DNA from: Eledone cirrhosa
Lineage: Eukaryota
Length of the DNA stretch: 64,000 bases
Assembly (NCBI GenBank): GCA_964016885.1
Contig: OZ024751.1
Coordinates: 37,634,001 to 37,698,000, forward strand
Direction of reading: 5' to 3'
Below are positions 57,991 through 64,000 of this stretch, piece by piece. The translations under genes were made by a program, and so were the position numbers. The notes under the pieces are model-generated. The model had not been told where the DNA came from. It ran no database searches and was given only the letters and a program-made list of their open reading frames with translations. The stretch's first letter is position 1; each line of letters begins with the position of its first letter.

Positions 57991-60931
57991 AGACATTGAG
58001 AGAGAGAGTAAGATAGAGACATTGATAGAGAGAGGAGGGCAGAGAAATACAGAGAAAGACAGAGTCGGAGAGAGAGAAACAGAATGAGTAAGTGAATGTA
58101 ATATAGATGACGAGGAATCGACCCCAGATACTAGACTGGATTTTGTTTTATCGGCCCCTAAAGGGGGAAAAGACCAAGTTAACATCAACAGGAATTAAGT
58201 TTACATACCATCGCGAGAAAGGACATACATATCACTATGTTAATGCTTATATATTAATATCAAGCCACATATGAACATGTAAGTCACCTATGTTATTGCT
58301 TCTGGTTGTTGGAGATTACGAAGTCCTGTAATGCAATATTAGTGTATATATCCTTGAAACACCAAAATTTGGGGGCACTGTAGCTTTATAGAAAGGGAGG
58401 AAGGAGCACAAATATTGGTCGTACACGGTAGTAATTCGACAGATATCATTGGTACACACATACATATGTACGTGTTTGTGTGTGAGTCTCAATCCATAGA
58501 AATAAGCGTGTGTGTTTGTATGAGTTTATTTTACCTACGGGTGCGTAGCTTCATCTCTTTTCATCTATGTTTATATTAAAACTGTTTAAACGTGCTATCG
58601 TTCACTACGCAATTAACCTAGGAAATTATATGTTTACTTTATTTTTATTTTTTGTATTGAAATTGATGTTTAGCCTTTAGATTGACTTATATTTTGAGAT
58701 AATTTTCAACTGAAATAGTAGAAGACATGAAGTTAAGAACGATATAAAACTTAGATGTTATTATATCCACAACTGATTAGGATTTTCTTAAATAACTTTC
58801 AAGAATCTTATCTGCCACCAACGATGTAATGCTGGCATATCTAAATTTCCTAAGAGGCTAGGAAATTTAAGAATAGATGCATATTGCTTGCGAGTTATCA
58901 TACTCCATAGACAGGAAAAAATAATCTTTGATATCAGAAGAAGCCATAAGGAATATCAAAACTAGAAAGTAATATTAATAAGATTTACTGATGACCCCAT
59001 TCAAGTTATACTTGTAAATGGCACTGAATCCGAAATGAAATTCTGCATGATATTGGCTATATGAAGCAAATTATTAAAAGAACATATATGTGGTAAATAA
59101 ATATGAAAAGCAAAAATTACGTAGCTCTGCTAAGTGAAAATCTCCACTATTTATTTCTCATACTTTCGCTGCTGTGGTTAGCGGAATTAAGTTGAGATAA
59201 GTTAGATGAAAGTGAGCCAGCGGTGAATTGGATATCACTGATTATACTAAAAAAAGAACACCGTTTTAAGTGACGTTGCTAAAACATCAAATGATATATC
59301 TCTTGGACGATGCAAGATAGCTGAAAGCAATATTTTCTGGTAAAAATGTTGCGCTGGTTTACGTATATGTTAACACCTTAAAATGTTGTTGGAAGTTGAT
59401 ATTGTCAAAGATAAAACACCATTTGAAAGAGGATGTCCATCAAAAGCACTTTTAGTGGTATATTTCCATCGTTATTTCAAGCGATCCAATAAAATAAAGC
59501 TTTTAGTAATGCAATGATGATATGTTTGAAATTATTACATTTGTGAAAGACTTCGAAATACACATTTGAAATTTCAAAAGTTAAGTATTACAGTTATACT
59601 ATTAGACAATGTTATATGGAAATAGAAGGGATATATAAAGAAACCTAAAGTTAAAGGCAGGGTTTTTATGATCAAATGAAGGGTAGTCAGGGAGAAAGTT
59701 TTTCCTATATAAACTCGATAATGGAATTTGGAATGGGGATGTCAATCTTAATTGTCCTACATTTCTTTTCTGTGACAACCGTTTCATTTTATGCACACGC
59801 GTGTGATGTATTGGTTCGAAACAGTAGCACTGCATAATACGTTAATACTTGATATGTTAGGAAAAGGGTCTTAACCTTTTGGGCGTTTGCCCTTCATCAG
59901 AACATAGACTGGGAAGGTATAGAAAAAAGGGAAAGGTAAAGAGACTGAAAGAGAGAGAAGGCAGAAAGTGAATAGATTTTTTTGGAGAATGCATGTGTAT
60001 GTGTGCGTGTATACCCACACATTTCAGAAATCAAAATCATATAAGGGTGAATTACATATTAACTATCCTTTACTATGTGCAATATATTTGAAACAGGGTA
60101 GTCCTCATATAACATTATTTTTTTTATAATACGTAAAATATTTTTAATATGAGAATGGATTAATTAGAAAGTGATAACATTTTGACAACACTTTCAGTCA
60201 ATGCCGGATTTTGACAAAAATTGCAATTTTATAATATTTCTGAGTATTTTTAGAAAATATAGAAATGAAAAGAAGTCGGAAGCAGGTTTTCAAATTAAGT
60301 GCATGTCAAACATACAATTATCGAAGCTCGTTAGTGCGGAAGCTAACCTCTATCCAAAACAATTTTGGCCAATTTTGTCTCCGAGTTTCTCTTGTTTTAT
60401 GTATTTATTAATTCTCGAGATGTCACAACATCTATTTAACACTTTCTAAATATTATTGGATGGCAGACTCGTTCAATAACATTACAGAAAATCTTCACTA
60501 GATTTAGCCAAGGACTCACGAAATGAATAATAACAGATGAGGTATAAAATGAGATATAATTTCAATCTGAAATTTATAAATAGTTTCTCGTTAATTATTT
60601 GCACTAGACGTAGAGCAATTCATAGTCAATATCTACTCCATGATTATCAATACAATGATATTAGTTTATTCAAAAAGCCATAGTGTCCACTAAAGTTATT
60701 ATACATGAACATATCTCGTTATTAAAATTTGTTTTTTAACAAATTTGTTTTCTAAGATTCAGGTACAAAATCTGTTACAGAATATCCTTCCCTATTGAAA
60801 TCTCCTTGCTTGCGATTGCAGCTATATTTCAGTGTGATTATATATATATCATAGCGGGTGTAACGTATATCATATTCGGTTTACTATGACACTCCTAATC
60901 TGTATTGATCTTCGTCATATAGTTTTGAATG

Positions 60932-60966
<35 letters not shown>

Positions 60967-61097
60967 CATCTTTCAAACCATGACTGAAGAAACTCGGCCA
61001 TTTACAGCGATGCTTCTTAAGACAATACAACATAAAACTGTCAACTAGCTCTAAATATTATACACACACACACACGCGCGCATTATATATATATATA

Positions 61098-61236
61098 GGG
61101 AGTTACTGCCCTTGCCATTCTCAGTTCAAATCCCGCCGAGTTTAACTTTGCCTTTCATCCCTACGGGGTCGATAAAATAAAGTACCAGTAATGCACTGGG
61201 TAATTGCTGGCCTTGTGCCAAAGGTAGACACAATTA
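61098..61236 (+). mobile_element. 5'-truncated SINE family A within (TA)n
   Basis: gagttactgcccttgccattctcagttcaaatcccgccgag...gtgccaaaggtagacacaatta, with (TA)n on both sides. Confidence 0.9.
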
Positions 61237-61832
61237 TATATATATATATGTATATATATACAGAGAGAGAGAGTGTGGATTGGTTTATATAAAGTTGCTT
61301 CAATAAACATTTTTTAATAGCTAAACACGTCTTCAGTTTTAAACCAATGATTGACAATTTCTTATTTAATATTAAATATTCTATTTAATATTGAATCATA
61401 TGGATGCTATATATGTCAACGATTCCGTACTGGAGATAACATATAGCATGAAAAGGTTTCTTCAAGAATAGTATCTCTTAAATTCTTACAACATTTCAAT
61501 ATAAGAAATAATTGTAAATATTGTTTCAATAGTGAGTCTTTGCTCACACACATATATCTGTATGTATATATATTCATATATATATACACATGCATATATA
61601 TATGAATCTATAGACATATGTATACACATATACACGTATGATGCGTATATGTGCATATGTATACACATAGAATGATACACGTACACAAACACACATACGT
61701 ACAAACTGATACAGACATACACTCACGTCATATGTATGTACAAATATACACACATCATATATATATATAAACATATATCATATACACACACACTCATCAT
61801 ATATACACACACATTCATCATATATATCTATA

Positions 61833-61866
<34 letters not shown>

Positions 61867-62566
61867 CTCACACACACGTCTGTGCTTGAAGAACACTAAT
61901 AGTAATATCAAATGCAAAACATCGAGCGATAAACGCAATATGCATTATCACAGAAAAAAAATGCAATTATTATATGTCTTCAGGATTTAGTCCTGTCAAT
62001 CATTGTTCCTAGTTCCGTTTAGGATTAACATGGTTTCGCATGCGTGTCATTTAGAATTAAGTAACATTTATGTCATAGCTAATGGCATACCAAATTGAAT
62101 TACTTGGGTAATTTTAGCCTTCTGCATTAATTTCGTTTGAATCTCAGTGTGGTTAACTTCTAGCTCACAGCACGGAGGATTCTTAGTCAGATTTGCATAT
62201 TCTAATATGACTGAGAAATGCGTGGTTTCATATTTAACTTTCACTAGAATATTACTAACATGATATCACTAATCGTATCCACGTTACGCACTATTTTACT
62301 ACATTCTTGATTTCAAGTATTAGATATTAAGTTAAAGGATCTATTAATTTATTTAAATCAGTACATAGCAAAGATATGATGAGTTGAGTCAATTGATATC
62401 GCTACTGAGATTAGAGAAATATGTGATATTGAAGCTAAGGTGACCTGGTTATTTCGCCACAGTTATTTGTACACATTACCGATTGTGAATGGCCGTATAT
62501 TATATCCTTGAGGTTTCTAAAACATTATCGCATGATTTATGATAATATATTCTCCATTAACTGCAG

Positions 62567-62925
62567 CGATGGGCATTTAGTACTTCAATGAACGGAGCGA
62601 CCAGCTCCAATTTAACCTTTAAGTATTTCACTATTCCACAGAAACGTTCAGTCAACGTATTTCTCAGGCCAAATCAGGGTGACAGAATATTTGACAAGGC
62701 TGTATCTTTCAATTACGGACTCAATCCCTTGGAAGAGCTCCTACAGAGTTTCCGTTTGATCGAATTAACTGACAATGAATGGGTGAAACCTGGGCATTAT
62801 CAAAGAGATATTTGCAAGACGTGAAGAAGCGCGTCGAAGAAAAGATCTCGTGATCGTGTAGTAAACTACTTGAGCATTTAACCATAACATCGTCTATGAT
62901 TTGGAGCTGCGAAATATATTTTGTG
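62567..62925 (+). other. Candidate exon (5' UTR-like plus ATG, MIWSCEIYFV)
   Basis: Unique, GC-richer block bounded by 'ttctccattaactgcag' and 'gtg|gtgaga'. It also holds a 78-aa ORF with no recognisable homology. Confidence 0.2.
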
Positions 62926-63012
62926 GTGAGATATGGTTCGTTTTGTGTTTTTGTATTCACTTACTTTTATTTGATATGGGTAGGGTTAAGAGAGAAGACT
63001 GCACATCATGTT

Positions 63013-63045
<33 letters not shown>

Positions 63046-63172
63046 GCAGAAGATTCTATTTAATGTTGTTGGGATACAACAAGTAAATATTTTTATAACT
63101 GATATAAAGCACTCGACACATATTTGGAGTAGATATACGATATTAATAAATGGAAACTATATTTATAAAACC

Positions 63173-63248
63173 ATATTTATTTCATTATACATATTTCAGG
63201 GATACCACATTAAATTATGGTATGCCTTCATCAGACAAAATACAATAT
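63173..63248 (-). ncRNA. Type I hammerhead ribozyme, left arm
   Basis: TATTGTATTTTGT-CTGATGA-AGG-C-ATACCA-TAATTTAATG-TGGTAT-C-CCT-GAAA-TATGTA-TA^ATGAAATAAATA. Confidence 0.88.
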
Positions 63249-63403
63249 ATAACAGTTTTACAAATAGGTTTGACGTACCCTTTAAAATACAACCATTACT
63301 TTTGGAGGCAGCCTCCAAAAGTAATGGTTGTATTTTAAAAGGTACGTCAAAAGTAATGGTTGTATTTTAAAGGGTACGTCAAACCTATTTGTAAAACTGT
63401 TAT

Positions 63404-63479
63404 ATATTGTATTTTCTCTGATGAAGGCATACCATAATTTAATGTGGTATCCCTGAAATATGTATATTGAAATAAATAT
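63404..63479 (+). ncRNA. Type I hammerhead ribozyme, right arm (two stem I substitutions)
   Basis: CTGATGA at 63418-63424 and GAAA at 63455-63458. Stem I reads ttttct/ttgaaa instead of ttttgt/atgaaa. Confidence 0.75.
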
Positions 63480-63513
63480 GGTTTTATAAATATAGTTTCC
63501 ATTTATTAATATC

Positions 63514-63550
<37 letters not shown>

Positions 63551-63947
63551 TACATACACAGACACACACATCGAAAAACTAAGTCTCCTTCAGTGTAATG
63601 TCCAGAGGTGAAAATGTGTTGTATAAGTAAAACATACTTATCTGTAATATAAAATGAAATATTTCCGAGGGCAGATTTATATAGGTAAGTGTAGTCTCTG
63701 TAATAGACCAATTTATTGTTTCATTGATGCGGTTCCCCTTCAAACTTAATATACGTTACAAGAGTGATGTTCAGTTCATTTTACTGGGAGAGGTGGAGGT
63801 GTTATGGAATATGGTAAAGTGGTTTTATCTTACGTCTCTATCTGCTTCTATGACTGACACTTCAAAACTCCATTTAATTGTATACACTGCTCTATCGTGA
63901 CGTATGTACACACATGTATATATAGGCATATTTTTACACACACACAC

Positions 63948-63992
<45 letters not shown>

Positions 63993-64000
63993 CATATATA

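Larger units (their letters stand above)
63046..63515. mobile_element. Non-coding palindromic PLE derivative (tail plus inverted pseudo-LTR pair) in (TA)n
   Basis: 63046-63279 is clearly homologous to 46251-46485. Arms 63137-63309 and 63311-63515 are inverted about a single base (63310). The right arm has a 32-bp tandem duplication (63316-63347, 63348-63379). (TA)n on both sides. Confidence 0.93.

Overview
This is very AT-rich, microsatellite-dense eukaryotic DNA with no convincing host gene. The (TA)n/(CA)n/(GA)n load and the dominant tRNA-type SINE family look like a cephalopod (Octopus-type) genome, which is an inference. Almost every ORF in the supplied track is a translated microsatellite. 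The one real ORF (47827-50040, minus, 737 aa) is an intact Penelope-like retroelement (PLE) protein with RT, a CxCx5Cx5C linker and a C-terminal GIY-YIG endonuclease. It lies in a ~4.26 kb insertion (46249-50511) between two (TA)n tracts, with an 84-bp direct repeat and an internally deleted inverted pseudo-LTR. Each pseudo-LTR arm carries a minimal type I hammerhead ribozyme. A related ORF-less 470-bp palindromic element with two hammerheads sits in (TA)n at 63046-63515. Two further unrelated hammerhead cassettes abut (TA)n at ~7077 and ~18841, and several (TA)n tracts are flanked by fold-back duplications. Together these suggest a (TA)n-targeting, ribozyme-bearing PLE system with autonomous and non-autonomous members. 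The rest is SINEs (several with clear TSDs), decayed LINE RT fragments, a Tc1/mariner-type MITE, large simple repeats and a few low-confidence candidate exons. All structures were read by eye and not computed.
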